The notes: a model not told the origin generated them from the letters alone. Shown: positions 1 to 10,372, counted from the stretch's first letter. The stretch is DNA of 64,000 nucleotides from an uncultured Acidimicrobiia bacterium (GCA_963836205.1 CAWIIV010000019.1:42042-106041), one strand, 5' to 3'. Made by a program: numbers and translations.

Positions 1-37
1 TCACCCCGTAGGTGTCGTCGGGGACGTACGTCGTCAT
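1..37 (-). CDS. N-terminus of a gene running off the window (MTTYVPDDTYGV...), possibly the molybdopterin nitrate reductase catalytic subunit
   Basis: ATG at 37, 10 bp past the stop of the DmsB/DmsC gene. Product inferred from operon context only. Confidence 0.35.
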   Translation of the reverse strand, partial: MTTYVPDDTYGV

Positions 38-47
38 GCGCTCACCA

Positions 48-1529
48 TTAGGGCCGGGTCCGGAAGAAGCTCCCTGCCACCCGGAACGGAACCACGGTCA
101 CGTAGAACAGCCACCGCCCCAGCAGCTCACCGGCTGTCACCACGACCAGCGCCGCCCCCAGCCGCCCGCCCGCGGCCCCCCCCGCCAGGGGCTCGATCAG
201 GGCACCGGCCAGCAGCAGGAGCGCCATCCCGGCCAGGGCCATCCGGCCCTGGAACCGACCCCCGAAGCGGTCGAGGAGGAGGAAGGCGGTGCCCTGGTGC
301 TGGCGGTCAGTACGGTGCCGCACCGCCTTCGCCAGGTGGACCTGGACCGCCACCTGGGCCAGCGTCCCGAAGGCGGCGGCTATCACCAGTCCCACCAGCC
401 AACCGTTGCCCACCCGGGACCGGTCCAGCATGAAATAGGCCAGCAGGGGGCCGGTGGCGGCGGCGGTGGCGAAGAAGGCGACGGGGGTCCGCCACGAGTT
501 CCACACCGGCCGGGCCGGCACCAGGTAGAGCCGGCCGCTGGCGTAGACCCCCGCCACGCCGGCCACCACCGCCAGCACGCCGACGACCGGGTTCAACCCG
601 GCTGCGTAGCCCAGCGACAACCCGGAGAACAGCGAGAAGAGGGCGACCTCCCGGCTCAGCCACGACGTGCGCACGTTGCGCAAAGCCTTCAACGCCCGCG
701 CCGGCTTGCCCAGGTGGAGCAGCGAGGCCCCCAGGGCCACCGCCCCGGCCACGAAGGCGCCCACCGCCGCGCCCCCCATGACGGCCCGGGTGGCGGCGCC
801 GGCCAGTTGCAGCACGACGGTGGCCGCCACCGTCCCCAGGGAGAGCTGGGTGAGCAGGGTGAGGGCCACGAGGGGCCAGTGGGCGTCCTCCGGCTCGACC
901 CGGTAGTCGTCGGCCGCGGTCATGGTCGACAGGTCGCCCGGCGGCAGGACGATCCGGGTGGACGACATGGTGATGGCCACCGGGGGCAGCCCGGGCGCGT
1001 CGCCGGCGGAGGGGTCGGCCCGCCAGGCGGCCACGTCGACCGCCTCCAGGCCGATGGCGAAGGTGGGGCACGACTGCACGCAGGCCGGGGTCTGGCCGGC
1101 GTCGATGCGGGGTCGGCACATGTCGCACTTGGAGACGATCTTGCGGGCCTTGTCGTAGACCGGCACCTCGTAGGGGCAGTTCCACATGCAGTACTGGCAG
1201 CCCACGCACTCGTCGGGGTGGTGGACGACGATCCCGTTGCCGAGCTTCTCGTAGGCCTTGGTGGGGCAGCCCGACAGGCAGGTGGGGTCGAGGCAGTGGT
1301 TGCAGGCCATCGACAGGTTGAAGCGGCGGGTCTGGGGGAAGCTCCCGCTCTCCAGCTCGCCCACCCGTCGCCAGGCCTCGTCGACCGGCGTCCCGTTCTG
1401 CTCGGCGCACGCCACCTCGCACGAATGGCAGCCCACGCACGAGTTCATGTCGAACGTGAACCGGTACTGCTCACCGTCCTCCAAGGGCAGGAGGGCCGGG
1501 ATTCCGAGCGTGGTGAGGCTGAGGGTCAT
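48..1529 (-). CDS. DmsB-like 4Fe-4S polyferredoxin fused to a DmsC/YnfH membrane anchor
   Basis: Motifs CVGCHSCEVAC, CNHCLDPTC..CP, CVGCQYCMWNCP, KCDMC..PACVQSCP, then HWPLVALTLLTQ, SLLHLGKP, SWLSRE, ELLGRWLFY with multiple TM helices. ATG overlaps the nirD stop. Confidence 0.9.
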   Translation of the reverse strand: MTLSLTTLGIPALLPLEDGEQYRFTFDMNSCVGCHSCEVACAEQNGTPVDEAWRRVGELESGSFPQTRRFNLSMACNHCLDPTCLSGCPTKAYEKLGNGIVVHHPDECVGCQYCMWNCPYEVPVYDKARKIVSKCDMCRPRIDAGQTPACVQSCPTFAIGLEAVDVAAWRADPSAGDAPGLPPVAITMSSTRIVLPPGDLSTMTAADDYRVEPEDAHWPLVALTLLTQLSLGTVAATVVLQLAGAATRAVMGGAAVGAFVAGAVALGASLLHLGKPARALKALRNVRTSWLSREVALFSLFSGLSLGYAAGLNPVVGVLAVVAGVAGVYASGRLYLVPARPVWNSWRTPVAFFATAAATGPLLAYFMLDRSRVGNGWLVGLVIAAAFGTLAQVAVQVHLAKAVRHRTDRQHQGTAFLLLDRFGGRFQGRMALAGMALLLLAGALIEPLAGGAAGGRLGAALVVVTAGELLGRWLFYVTVVPFRVAGSFFRTRP

Positions 1530-1879
1530 GCCGGGTTCGAGACCTCGACCCGGCCGTCGACCACCCGGACCCCGAAGACGGGCACCGACACCTCGGCGTC
1601 GTCGAGGCACTGGCCGGTTCGGAGGTCGAAGGACTGCTTGTAGATCGGCGACGCCACCTTCAGCCGCTCGCCCCGGGAGCCCACGATCCCCCGGGACAGG
1701 ACGAACGCCTGGCTGAAGGGGTCGAAGTTGGACAGGGCGAACACGTCGCCGTCCACCAGGAACACCGCGACCTGATGTGCTCCCACCAGCGCGGCCACCC
1801 CCCGGCCGGGAACGAGGTCGCCGACGGCGCAGACGTCGACCCACACCGTCGTCGAGGAGGCCGTGCCGGGACCCTTCAC
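1526..1879 (-). CDS. nirD: Nitrite reductase small subunit
   Basis: WVDVC..L.PGRGVAAL, SNFDPFS.AFVLSRGIVG, VASPIYKQSFDL.TG.CLDD. GTG start overlaps the nirB stop (GTGA). Confidence 0.93.
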   Translation of the reverse strand: MKGPGTASSTTVWVDVCAVGDLVPGRGVAALVGAHQVAVFLVDGDVFALSNFDPFSQAFVLSRGIVGSRGERLKVASPIYKQSFDLRTGQCLDDAEVSVPVFGVRVVDGRVEVSNPA

Positions 1880-4494
1880 CGTCCGCCTGCGGCCAGCAGG
1901 GCAGGGTCGGGCTTCTCCTCGCCCGGCCGGGCGGGCCGGGGCTGGCCCCGCTCGGTGACGAACACCACGTTGGGGTCGACCTGGTCGGAGTTCACGAACG
2001 ACCGGAAGCGCTTGACCCGCTCGGGGTCGTCGATGGTGGCCTTCCACTCGCACTCGTACGTGGTCACGTGGCGGGCCATCTCCGCCTCCAGTTCGGCGCA
2101 GATCCCCAACGCGTCGTCGATCACGACCCGCCGGAGGTGCTCGATGCCGCCCTCCAGCTTGTTGAACCACACGTTGGTGCGCTCCAGCCGGTCGGCGGTG
2201 CGGATGTAGAACATCAGGAAGCGGTCGAGGTACCGGAACACCGTCTCCCGGTCGAGGTCGGCCGCCAGGAGCACCGCGTGCTGGGGCTTCATGCCGCCGT
2301 TGCCGCACACGTAGACGTTCCAGCCCTTCTCGGTGGCGATGACCCCGAAGTCCTTGCCCTGGGCCTCGGCGCACTCCCGGGTGCAGCCCGACACCGCCGC
2401 CTTGAGCTTGTGCGGCGCCCGCAGGCCCCGGTAGCGCAGCTCGAGGTCGATGGCCAGGGTGACCGAGTCCTGCACGCCGAACCGGCACCAGGTGTTGCCC
2501 ACGCACGACTTCACCGTGCGCAGGGCCTTGCCGTAGGCGTGGCCCGACTCCATGCCCACGTCGACCAGGCGGCGCCAGATGCGCGGGAGCTGGTCGACCC
2601 GGGCCCCGAAGAGGTCGATGCGCTGGGCGCCGGTGATCTTGGTGTAGAGCCCGAACTCCTTGGCCACCTCGCCGATGGTGATGAGCTGGTCGGGGGTGAT
2701 CTCGCCCCCCGGCACCCGGGGGATCACCGAGTAGGTGCCGTCGCGCTGGAGGTTGGCGAGGAAGTGGTCGTTGGTGTCCTGGAGGGTGGCCTGCTCACCG
2801 TCGAGGATGTAGCCCCCGCCCATCGACGCCAGCATCGACGCCACCGCCGGCTTGCAGATCTCGCAGCCCTTGCCCTTGCCGTGGCTGGCGATGAGCTCGG
2901 AGTACGACGTGATGCGATGCACCCGGACCAGGTCGAACAGCTCCTGGCGGCTGTAGGCGAAGTGCTCGCAGAGGTTGTTCGACACCTCCAGGCCCAGCCG
3001 CTTCATCTCGAACCGGAGAAGCTCGGTCACGAGCGGCACGCAGCCGCCGCAGCCGGTGCCGGCCGCGGTGCACTCCTTCATGTCGGAGACGGTGTGGGCG
3101 CCGCCGCCGATGGCCCCACAGATGACGCCTTTGTCGACGTTGTTGCACGAGCAGATCACGGCCGTGTCGGACAGGCCGCCGACGCCCATGGTGGGCGGAC
3201 CCGCCCCGGTGCGGGCGGGGAAGATGAGCTCCTCGGGGTGGTCGGGCGTGGGCATGTCGCCCCGGACCATCTGCACGAGGGTCTGGTAGAGGGTCGCGTC
3301 GCCGACGAGCATCCCGCCGATGACGGTGCGCCGCTCCTTGCGGTCGGGCGGCCCCACCACCAGCCGCTTGTAGACGTTGGCCAGGGGGTCGCTGTAGGTC
3401 ACGGCCTCGGCGCCGGGTGAGGTGGCGAAGGCGTCGCCGAAGCTGGCCACGTCGATGCCGAGGAGCTTGAGCTTGGTCGACATGTCGGCCCCGAGGAACT
3501 CGGCGTCGCCCCCCAGGATGCGATCGGCGACCACCCGGGCCATGTGGTAGCCGGGCGCGACCAGGCCGTAGATGCGGCGCCGGGCCACGCTTCCGTCGGG
3601 GGCGAGGGCGCACTCGCCGATGGCGTAGATCCTGGGGTCGGACGTGCGGCAGGCCTCGTCGACGATGACGCCGCCCCGCTCCCCCATCCGCAGCCCGGCC
3701 GCCTTGGCCAGCTCGTCCCGGGGCCGGATGCCCGCCGAGAAGACGACCATGCCCACCCGGAGGTCGTCGATCGGACCACCATCCGGTCCGTCGTTGGCGA
3801 AGTGCATGCCGTTCACCCGGCCCCGCCGGTCGCGCAGGATCTCCTCCGTCCGCATCCCGGTGTGGATCGTCACGTCCAGCTCCTCGATGCGCCGTCGGAG
3901 GGCGGAGGAACCGGCGTCGTCGACCTGCATGGGCATGAGCCGGTCGGCGAACTCGACCACGTGGGTCTCGAGGCCGAGGCAGTGCAGGGCGTTGGCCGCC
4001 TCCAGCCCGAGCAGGCCGCCACCGACCACGGCCCCCGCCCGGCAGCCCTTGGCGTACTCGCGGATCGCCTCCAGGTCGTCGAGGGTGCGGTAGACGAAGC
4101 AGCCGGGGGCGTCGTTGCCGGGCAGCGGGGGGACGAACGGGTACGAGCCGGTGGCCAGCACGAGGGCGTCGTAGGCGATCTTGATCCCGTTGCGGGACGT
4201 GACCGTGGCCGCCTTGGTGTCGATCGACGCCACCGCGTCGCCCACGTGGACGGAGAGGCCGAAGCGCTCGAAGAACCCGGGCTGGACGAGGGAGAGCTCC
4301 TCGGCCGAGGTCCCCGAGAAGAACGAGCTGAGACCGACCCGGTCGTAGGCCAGGCGGCCTTCCTCGCAGAAGGTGACGATGTCCCACTCGGCGGTGGCGC
4401 CCCGGTCGAGGAGGACCTCGAGCAGCTTGTGGCCGACCATGCCGTTGCCGACGACGACGAGCGTGCGCCGGGGGGAGATCTCGAACGCGTTCAT
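1876..4494 (-). CDS. nirB: NAD(P)H nitrite reductase large subunit
   Basis: GNGMVG FAD motif, GGGLLGLE NADH motif, BFD-like ICSCNNV/GCGGC, siroheme/FeS SCVGNTWC...SGCTREC. Confidence 0.97.
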   Translation of the reverse strand: MNAFEISPRRTLVVVGNGMVGHKLLEVLLDRGATAEWDIVTFCEEGRLAYDRVGLSSFFSGTSAEELSLVQPGFFERFGLSVHVGDAVASIDTKAATVTSRNGIKIAYDALVLATGSYPFVPPLPGNDAPGCFVYRTLDDLEAIREYAKGCRAGAVVGGGLLGLEAANALHCLGLETHVVEFADRLMPMQVDDAGSSALRRRIEELDVTIHTGMRTEEILRDRRGRVNGMHFANDGPDGGPIDDLRVGMVVFSAGIRPRDELAKAAGLRMGERGGVIVDEACRTSDPRIYAIGECALAPDGSVARRRIYGLVAPGYHMARVVADRILGGDAEFLGADMSTKLKLLGIDVASFGDAFATSPGAEAVTYSDPLANVYKRLVVGPPDRKERRTVIGGMLVGDATLYQTLVQMVRGDMPTPDHPEELIFPARTGAGPPTMGVGGLSDTAVICSCNNVDKGVICGAIGGGAHTVSDMKECTAAGTGCGGCVPLVTELLRFEMKRLGLEVSNNLCEHFAYSRQELFDLVRVHRITSYSELIASHGKGKGCEICKPAVASMLASMGGGYILDGEQATLQDTNDHFLANLQRDGTYSVIPRVPGGEITPDQLITIGEVAKEFGLYTKITGAQRIDLFGARVDQLPRIWRRLVDVGMESGHAYGKALRTVKSCVGNTWCRFGVQDSVTLAIDLELRYRGLRAPHKLKAAVSGCTRECAEAQGKDFGVIATEKGWNVYVCGNGGMKPQHAVLLAADLDRETVFRYLDRFLMFYIRTADRLERTNVWFNKLEGGIEHLRRVVIDDALGICAELEAEMARHVTTYECEWKATIDDPERVKRFRSFVNSDQVDPNVVFVTERGQPRPARPGEEKPDPALLAAGGR

Positions 4495-4548
4495 GCCCCG
4501 GCCGCGTCAAAGCCCTTGGGATGCATGGGGCCAGTCAACCGGCAACGG

Positions 4549-4586
4549 GTGTTCGTCGGGTTGCGTCCCGGTGACGGGCGCGAGAC
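4549..4586 (-). promoter_or_regulatory. Putative GlnR boxes upstream of nirB
   Basis: Minus strand reads GTCTC-n6-GTCAC-n6-GCAAC-n6-AACAC, an 11-bp periodicity matching the gTnAc-n6-GaAAc GlnR consensus. Confidence 0.6.
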
Positions 4587-4594
4587 AAGGTCCT

Positions 4595-4620
4595 CTCACC
4601 GGCCGCGGCGGCGCCGTGAG
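4595..4620. promoter_or_regulatory. Putative NnaR operator
   Basis: Inverted repeat CTCAC-N16-GTGAG just upstream of the GlnR boxes; resembles the actinobacterial NnaR motif as I recall it. Confidence 0.55.
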
Positions 4621-4633
4621 GCTGGAGGTGGGG

Positions 4634-4849
4634 CTACACCGGCACCAGGTCGACGTGGACACCTGCGGCCGCCGCCAACCGGCGGAGGTCGTCCGGGTGC
4701 GAGGTGAGCGACTCGAGCTCCGCCTGCCGGCGCATGGCCTCGTTCACCCTGGCGCTCACGCTGTCGGCCCGGCCGGCGGCGACTGCCTCCCGGGCGGCGG
4801 CCAAGTGCACGGGGTCGACCGAAGCCGTGAGCCGAACCTTCTCCTGCAT
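4634..4849 (-). pseudogene. Collapsed toxin-antitoxin remnant: RHH-type antitoxin N-terminus fused to a PIN toxin C-terminus
   Basis: KVRLTASVD..AAAREAVAAGRADSVSARVNEA is antitoxin-like; it is joined in frame to LTSHPDDLRRLAAAAGVHVDLVPV, which resembles a PIN C-terminus (LTSDPDDL). Confidence 0.55.
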
Positions 4850-4880
4850 ACGAACAGCGTACGCCTTGATGACGATCCTC

Positions 4881-5723
4881 CTACTTGGCGGCCGACCGGC
4901 CGAGGAGGCCGAGGCGGTGGAGGACGGCCACGCACCGGCGGGCGACGCCCGAGCCCGCGGCCCGCTTTACCTCCCGGAGCAGGGCGTGGAGCTCCGGGCG
5001 CCCGTCCATCACCCATCGCGAGAAGGCACCGGCGTCGCACCAGGCCGCGTCGAGAGGGCCCAACGGGGGTGCCGACCAGCGTCCCTCGACGGCCTCCCAT
5101 CGCAAACGCTCCCAGTCGAGCGCCCGGGCCAGGGCCTTGCCGGCGGCGACGGGATCGTCGGCCCCCTCGATCGGTTCCTCCCCGGCGGCGGCGAGCATCC
5201 TCACCGCCGGGTGCATCGCCCTGGCCTCGGCCCACGTGAGCGCTCCCCTGCGCTCCCGGGCGGCCCCGACCACGCTCTCCAGCCAGATGGCGGCGAAGAG
5301 ATGCCCGGTGCTGACCTGCGGGGGCGCGGTGGGCAGCCCGAGGGCCCGCTGGAGGCCGTCGAGGGTGAGTCCGAACGCGGGCGGCTCCCGGTGGACCTCA
5401 CCAGCTACCCGCAGCCGGCTCACCACCTCGCCCGAGCGGTGGACGAGCAGGGCCAGCGCGGTTCGCCTCCGGTCGCGGCCGCCGGTGGACATGGCGTCGA
5501 GCGGGCGGGCCCAACCGTGCACGGCGACGCCCAGCGCCACCCAGTCGTCGGGGGCCACCATGCCCAGGAGAACGTCGGCCGGCGCCTCGCCCACGAGGTC
5601 GAGGAAGCCCACGCTCGCACCGTCGGCGGTGGCCACCACGTGGACGAGCAGGTCGTCGTCGTCCTCTTCCGCGGCACACAACTCGTCGGCCAACTGGCCG
5701 AGGAACTCCAGGATCTGCGCCAT
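4881..5723 (-). CDS. Hypothetical protein
   Basis: Long ORF with globular composition from MAQILEFLG. Start uncertain. Confidence 0.7.
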   Translation of the reverse strand: MAQILEFLGQLADELCAAEEDDDDLLVHVVATADGASVGFLDLVGEAPADVLLGMVAPDDWVALGVAVHGWARPLDAMSTGGRDRRRTALALLVHRSGEVVSRLRVAGEVHREPPAFGLTLDGLQRALGLPTAPPQVSTGHLFAAIWLESVVGAARERRGALTWAEARAMHPAVRMLAAAGEEPIEGADDPVAAGKALARALDWERLRWEAVEGRWSAPPLGPLDAAWCDAGAFSRWVMDGRPELHALLREVKRAAGSGVARRCVAVLHRLGLLGRSAAK

Positions 5724-5853
5724 CGCACTGCCTTCGGTCGTGAGACTCGAAAGGCCGTCGTCGATCCGACGGCGAGGCACCGGCTGCCCGGGCGCACAGA
5801 CTCTGGCCCGCCCCTCCGCGGTCGTCAAGAGGCCAGAAGCCAGTCAGGTTGTC

Positions 5854-5891
5854 TTCACCGAGCCGATACGGCGAACGTACGGTCCCGTCAC
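5854..5891 (+). promoter_or_regulatory. Putative GlnR boxes upstream of nnaR
   Basis: TTCAC-n6-GATAC-n6-CGTAC-n6-GTCAC, 11-bp periodicity. Confidence 0.5.
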
Positions 5892-5905
5892 GGGGCCGGG
5901 GGACT

Positions 5906-7042
5906 ATGTCACCCATGACCCCGATCACCTGTCTGGGGCCACTCGAGGGCTTCGTGGTCGGCATCACCGCCGACCGGCGATGGGAAGAGCAGGCCGAGCT
6001 TCTACGTCGGCGGGGCGCCACCGTCGTCCACGGCCCCTGCATGGACACCCTCTACCTGGCCGACGACGACGACCTCAGGCGGGCCACTGTCGAGGTCATC
6101 GACCGCCCGCCCGACGTGGTGGTGGCCACCACCGGCATCGGTGTGCGGGCGTGGTTGGAGACGGCCGAGGCCTGGGGCATGGGGCCCGCGCTCATGGCTG
6201 CCCTCACCGAGGCCCGCATCCTGGCCCGGGGACCCAAGGCCGCGGGCGTGGTCATCGCCGCCGGGTTGCCGGTGTGGGCCCGGTCGGAGACCGAGCAGAT
6301 GGACGACGTGCTGGCCAAGCTCCTGGCCGACGGGGTGGAGGGGCGGCGGATCGCCCTCCAGGAGTACGGCATGGAGAGCCCCGAGTTCATCGCCGCCCTC
6401 GAGGCGGCGGGGGCCACCGTGCTCCGGGTACCGGTGTACCGCTGGCGCTACCCGGCCGACACCCGCCCCGCCCTGACCATGATCGACGCCGCCCTCAACG
6501 GCCGGGTCGACGCCATCACCTTCACCAGCGCCCCCGCGGTGCGCAACCTGTTCATGATCGCGGCCGAGCAGAAGGTCGACGACGACCTCCGGCGGGCCTT
6601 CAACCACGGCCTCACCGCCGCCTGCGTGGGTCCGGTGTGCGCCCAGGCGGCCAAGGACATGGGCGTCGCCGCTCCGATCGAGCCCACGGTGGGTCGATTG
6701 GGGCTGCTGGTCCGGGTCTTGAGCGACGAGCTGGCCGCCCGCCGGCAGACGTTCACCGTCGGGGACAAGGAACTCGTCGTGCAGGGGTCGGCCGTCCAGG
6801 CCGACGGGGACAGCTCGACCCTCTCCGGCCGGGAGCGGGCCGTGTTCGAGGCCCTGGCCGCCCGTCCGGGCGTGGTCGTCGACCGCACGGCGCTGCTGGA
6901 GCGGATCTGGGGCTCGCCCGACGTCGACCCCCACCTGCTCGAAGTGGTGGTCGGCCGGCTGCGGCGCCGGCTCGGACGGTGCTCGGCCGCGGTCGAGGTC
7001 ACCCGGTCCCGGGGCTACCGTCTGGTGGTCGAGCCCAGGTAG
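5906..7042 (+). CDS. nnaR: NnaR-type regulator (HemD/uroporphyrinogen-III synthase domain plus OmpR-type winged helix)
   Basis: VGITADRR, ILARGPKA, VPVYRW, DAITFTSAPAV; C-terminal LSGRERAVFEAL..PG.VV.R..LL..IWG..VGRLRRRL..RGYRL. Adjacent to nirBD. Confidence 0.85.
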   Translation: MSPMTPITCLGPLEGFVVGITADRRWEEQAELLRRRGATVVHGPCMDTLYLADDDDLRRATVEVIDRPPDVVVATTGIGVRAWLETAEAWGMGPALMAALTEARILARGPKAAGVVIAAGLPVWARSETEQMDDVLAKLLADGVEGRRIALQEYGMESPEFIAALEAAGATVLRVPVYRWRYPADTRPALTMIDAALNGRVDAITFTSAPAVRNLFMIAAEQKVDDDLRRAFNHGLTAACVGPVCAQAAKDMGVAAPIEPTVGRLGLLVRVLSDELAARRQTFTVGDKELVVQGSAVQADGDSSTLSGRERAVFEALAARPGVVVDRTALLERIWGSPDVDPHLLEVVVGRLRRRLGRCSAAVEVTRSRGYRLVVEPR

Positions 7043-7069
7043 CCGGGTCGGCCCGGCGGCTCGCCTCAC

Positions 7070-8053
7070 TCAGTGGATGTGCTTGGACGCCTCCACCGAG
7101 AGGTCGTGGGCGACCATCATCTCCACCAGCTCGGGGAAGGCGACCTTGGGCTTCCAGCCCAGCCGGTCGCGGGCCTTGGACGCGTCGCCGGTGAGGATGT
7201 CGACCTCGGCCGGGCGCATGAACCGCGCGTCCTGTTCCACCAGCGGGGTCCAGTCGTCGATGCCGACGGCGGCGAAGGCGGCGTCGAGCAGGTCACGGAT
7301 GGTGTGGGTCTCGCCGGTGGCGATGACGTAGTCGTCGGCCTCGTCCTGCTGGAGCATCATCCACATGGCCTCGCAGAAGTCGCCCGCGAAGCCCCAGTCG
7401 CGGGCCGCGTCGAGGTTGCCGAGGGCGAGCTTGTCCTGCAGGCCCAGCTTGATGCGGGCCACGCCGTTGGTGACCTTGCGGGTGACGAACTCAAGGCCGC
7501 GGCGGGGGCTTTCGTGGTTGAAGCAGATGCCCGAGCAGGCGTAGAGGCCGTGCGCCTCCCGGTAGTTCACGGTGATGAAGTGGCCGAACACCTTGGCCAC
7601 GCCGTAGGGCGAGCGGGGGTGGAACGGGGTGGCCTCTGTCTGGGGGGTCTCCCGCACCTTGCCGAACATCTCCGACGACGACGCCTGGTAGAAGCGCACC
7701 GGATTGCCGGCCCCGCCCACCACCCGGATCGCCTCCAGCATCCGCAGCACGCCCAGGCCGGTGATGTCGGCGGTGAGCTCGGGCTGGCGGAACGACAGGG
7801 CCACGAAGCTGATGGCGCCCAGGTTGTAGACCTCGTCCGGCTGGACGTGCTCGACCGCCGCGATCAACGACGACAGGTCCTGGAGGTCGCCATCGACCAG
7901 TTCCAGCTCCGGGGTCTCCTCCTGCACCATCTGGGCCTTGGGGTTGTTCTGGCCCCGGACCAGCCCGAAGACGTCGTAGCCCTTGGCCACCAGCAGCTGG
8001 GCCATGTAGCGGCCGTCCTGGCCGGTGATTCCTGTGACGAGAGCGCGAGGCAC
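7070..8053 (-). CDS. gmd: GDP-mannose 4,6-dehydratase
   Basis: [57 protein letters not shown]. Confidence 0.95.
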   Translation of the reverse strand: MPRALVTGITGQDGRYMAQLLVAKGYDVFGLVRGQNNPKAQMVQEETPELELVDGDLQDLSSLIAAVEHVQPDEVYNLGAISFVALSFRQPELTADITGLGVLRMLEAIRVVGGAGNPVRFYQASSSEMFGKVRETPQTEATPFHPRSPYGVAKVFGHFITVNYREAHGLYACSGICFNHESPRRGLEFVTRKVTNGVARIKLGLQDKLALGNLDAARDWGFAGDFCEAMWMMLQQDEADDYVIATGETHTIRDLLDAAFAAVGIDDWTPLVEQDARFMRPAEVDILTGDASKARDRLGWKPKVAFPELVEMMVAHDLSVEASKHIH

Positions 8054-8123
8054 GCCCTGCAAGGTAGTGCGCCCGGGTGAGTGAGTCGGGAAGGGGGGAC
8101 CGATCTCGTACCCTGGTGCGACG

Positions 8124-10372
8124 ATGGCCGAAGGGAGCGAGGTGGGCGGTCCGACGGACGCGGGACAGTTCGCGCCCCGGCACCTGCCCCCGACCCCACC
8201 CCCGCCCCCGCCGAATCGGGCGCCCGCCGACGGCGACTCCGACGGCACCGCGGTCATGCCGGTGACGAAGGCCCGCGTGATCGCCCGACCTCCCCGCCAG
8301 GCCCGGGCCCCCCGCCCGCCGCGCCTGGCCCGGACCCCCTCGCCGCCCGGGTCTGAGGGGGGCGGGGCCGGCGGCTCCGGCGGCGGGTCGGAAGGCGACG
8401 GGTCTGCCCGGTCCGGCCGGTCCGGCCGGCCCGGCGGCGGGCCTGAAGGCGGCGGGTCTGCCCGGTCCGGCGGCCTGCGGCGGTCCGGCGGGTCCGGCGG
8501 GTCTGCCCGGTCCGGCCGGCCCGGCGGCGGGTCTGAAGGCGGCGGGTCTGCCCGGTCCGGCGGCCTGCGGCGGTCCGGCGGGTCCGGCGGGTCTGCCCGG
8601 TCCGGCGGCCTGCGGCGGCGGGCGCTGGTGGGTCTGGGCCTCTTCGGGGTCCTGGTGGGCGTCGTACTGGTGCTGTGGCTGCTCGACGGCCAGTCCCACA
8701 AGGGGGTCGTGGCCCGCAACGTCGTCCTCGTCGATCGCAACATCGGGGGGATGAACCGGGCCGAGGTGGAGGCCGCCATCACCGACCTGGCCGACCGCTA
8801 CCGGGCGGCCGACGTCGAGGTCAAGGCGCCCGACGGAGGCTTCCGGGCCACCGCCCCCGAGCTGGGCATGTCGGTCGACGCCGACCGCACCGCCGACGCC
8901 GCCCTCGAGGTCGGCCACCGGGGCTTCCCCCTGGCCCGGATGTGGAACTGGGCGACCGGCTTCGTGGTCTCCCGGAAGTCGCCCGTCACCCTCGTGGTCG
9001 ACGAGGGCGCGGTGCGCAGGCTGGTGGCCGAGCGCGACCCCCTCCGGGAGCCGCCGGTGGAGCCGAACATCACGCTCAAGGACGGCCGCATCGTCGCCGT
9101 CGAGGGCAAGCCCGGACGGGGCATCGACCCCGCCACCGTGCTGCGGGCCCTGCGGTCGGACGCCGGGCAGCAGTTCCCGCTCCAGGTGTCGGTGCCCCGG
9201 CGGTCGGTCCCCCCCAGTACGGCATCGCCGACGCCGAGCGGCTGGCGGCGGAGGCGGAGGCGCTGGCCATCGGCGAGCTGCCGGTGTCGATCGAGGGTTC
9301 CACCGCCACCGTCCCCGCGGCCACCGTCCGCACCTGGCTGCGGGGTATCCCTTCCGACCAGGGCCTCCGCCTGGGCGTCGACGCCAACGGGGCGGCCGAC
9401 GCCCTGGCCGAGCTGTTCCCGGAGGCGGGCAAGCCCGCGGTCGACGCCGGGCTGGCGATCGTGGGCGGCGAGGTGGTGGTGACACCGGCCGAGACGGGCA
9501 CCGCCTGCTGCGCACCGGAGGCGGCCACCGCCATCGAGACGGCCCTCCGCACCCGGCGCCCGGGCGACCCCGCAGTCGTCCTCCCCCTGAAGACGATCCC
9601 CGCCACCCGCGACGAGGAGTCGGTGCGCAAACTGGGCGTCAACGAGGTGGTGGGCAGCTTCACCACCAACCACGCCGCCGGCGAGCCCCGGGTCACCAAC
9701 ATCCACCGCATCGCCGACCTCGTCGAGGGGGCCATCATCGAGCCGGGGGGCACGTTCTCCCTCAACGACCACGTCGGCCGGCGCACGATCGAGAAGGGGT
9801 TCGTGGAGGCACCGGTGATCGATGCCGAGTACAAGTTCTCCAAGGACGTCGGCGGCGGGGTGTCGCAGTTCTCCACCACCCTGTTCAACGCCGCCTTCTT
9901 CGCCGGCCTCGACATCCCCACCTACGGGATGCACGGGATCTACATCTCCCGCTACCCCTACGGTCGGGAGGCCACCCTCGACTACCCCAGCCTCGACCTC
10001 AAGGTCCGCAACTCCACCCCCTACGGCGTGCTCATCTGGCCCTCGTACAGCGCCACGTCGATCACCGTCACCCTCTACTCCACCCACACGGTGGAGGGGG
10101 AGCAGACGGCCCAGACCACGGAGGACATCCCCACCACCCAGGTCGTCGAGGTGCCCACCACCGTCACGACCACCCCACCCGACCCCGACCCCTCCGCCCC
10201 CACCACCGAGGCACCGCCCGTCACCGAGCCGCCCCCGCCGCCCGAGCCCAAGTTGTACCTGTGCACCCGGGTCGTCACCGAGCGCACCCGCACCTACACC
10301 GACGGCCGCACGTCGGTCGACAAGTTCTACGCCCTGTACGCGCCCCAGGAGGGCGTGGTCTGCCCCCGATGA
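8124..10372 (+). CDS. VanW-family membrane-anchored protein with a peptidoglycan-binding region (frameshift in the C7 run at 9209-9215)
   Basis: TM helix in the 8124 frame; VanW core ([54 protein letters not shown]) in the 8675 frame. Adding one C gives VPPQYG. Confidence 0.85.
8380..8618 (+). repeat. Nested tandem repeats encoding Gly/Ser/Arg-rich GGSARSGG units in the VanW N-terminus
   Basis: Repeated GGGTCTGCCCGGTCCGGC cores within a duplicated unit of about 87 bp. Confidence 0.85.

Noticed and set aside
1526-1879. NirD lacking Rieske Cys/His ligands as a novelty
   Set aside because: This is normal for the NirD family.
8124-10372. Vancomycin resistance locus
   Set aside because: VanW-domain proteins are widespread, and no vanHAX or vanRS genes are present.
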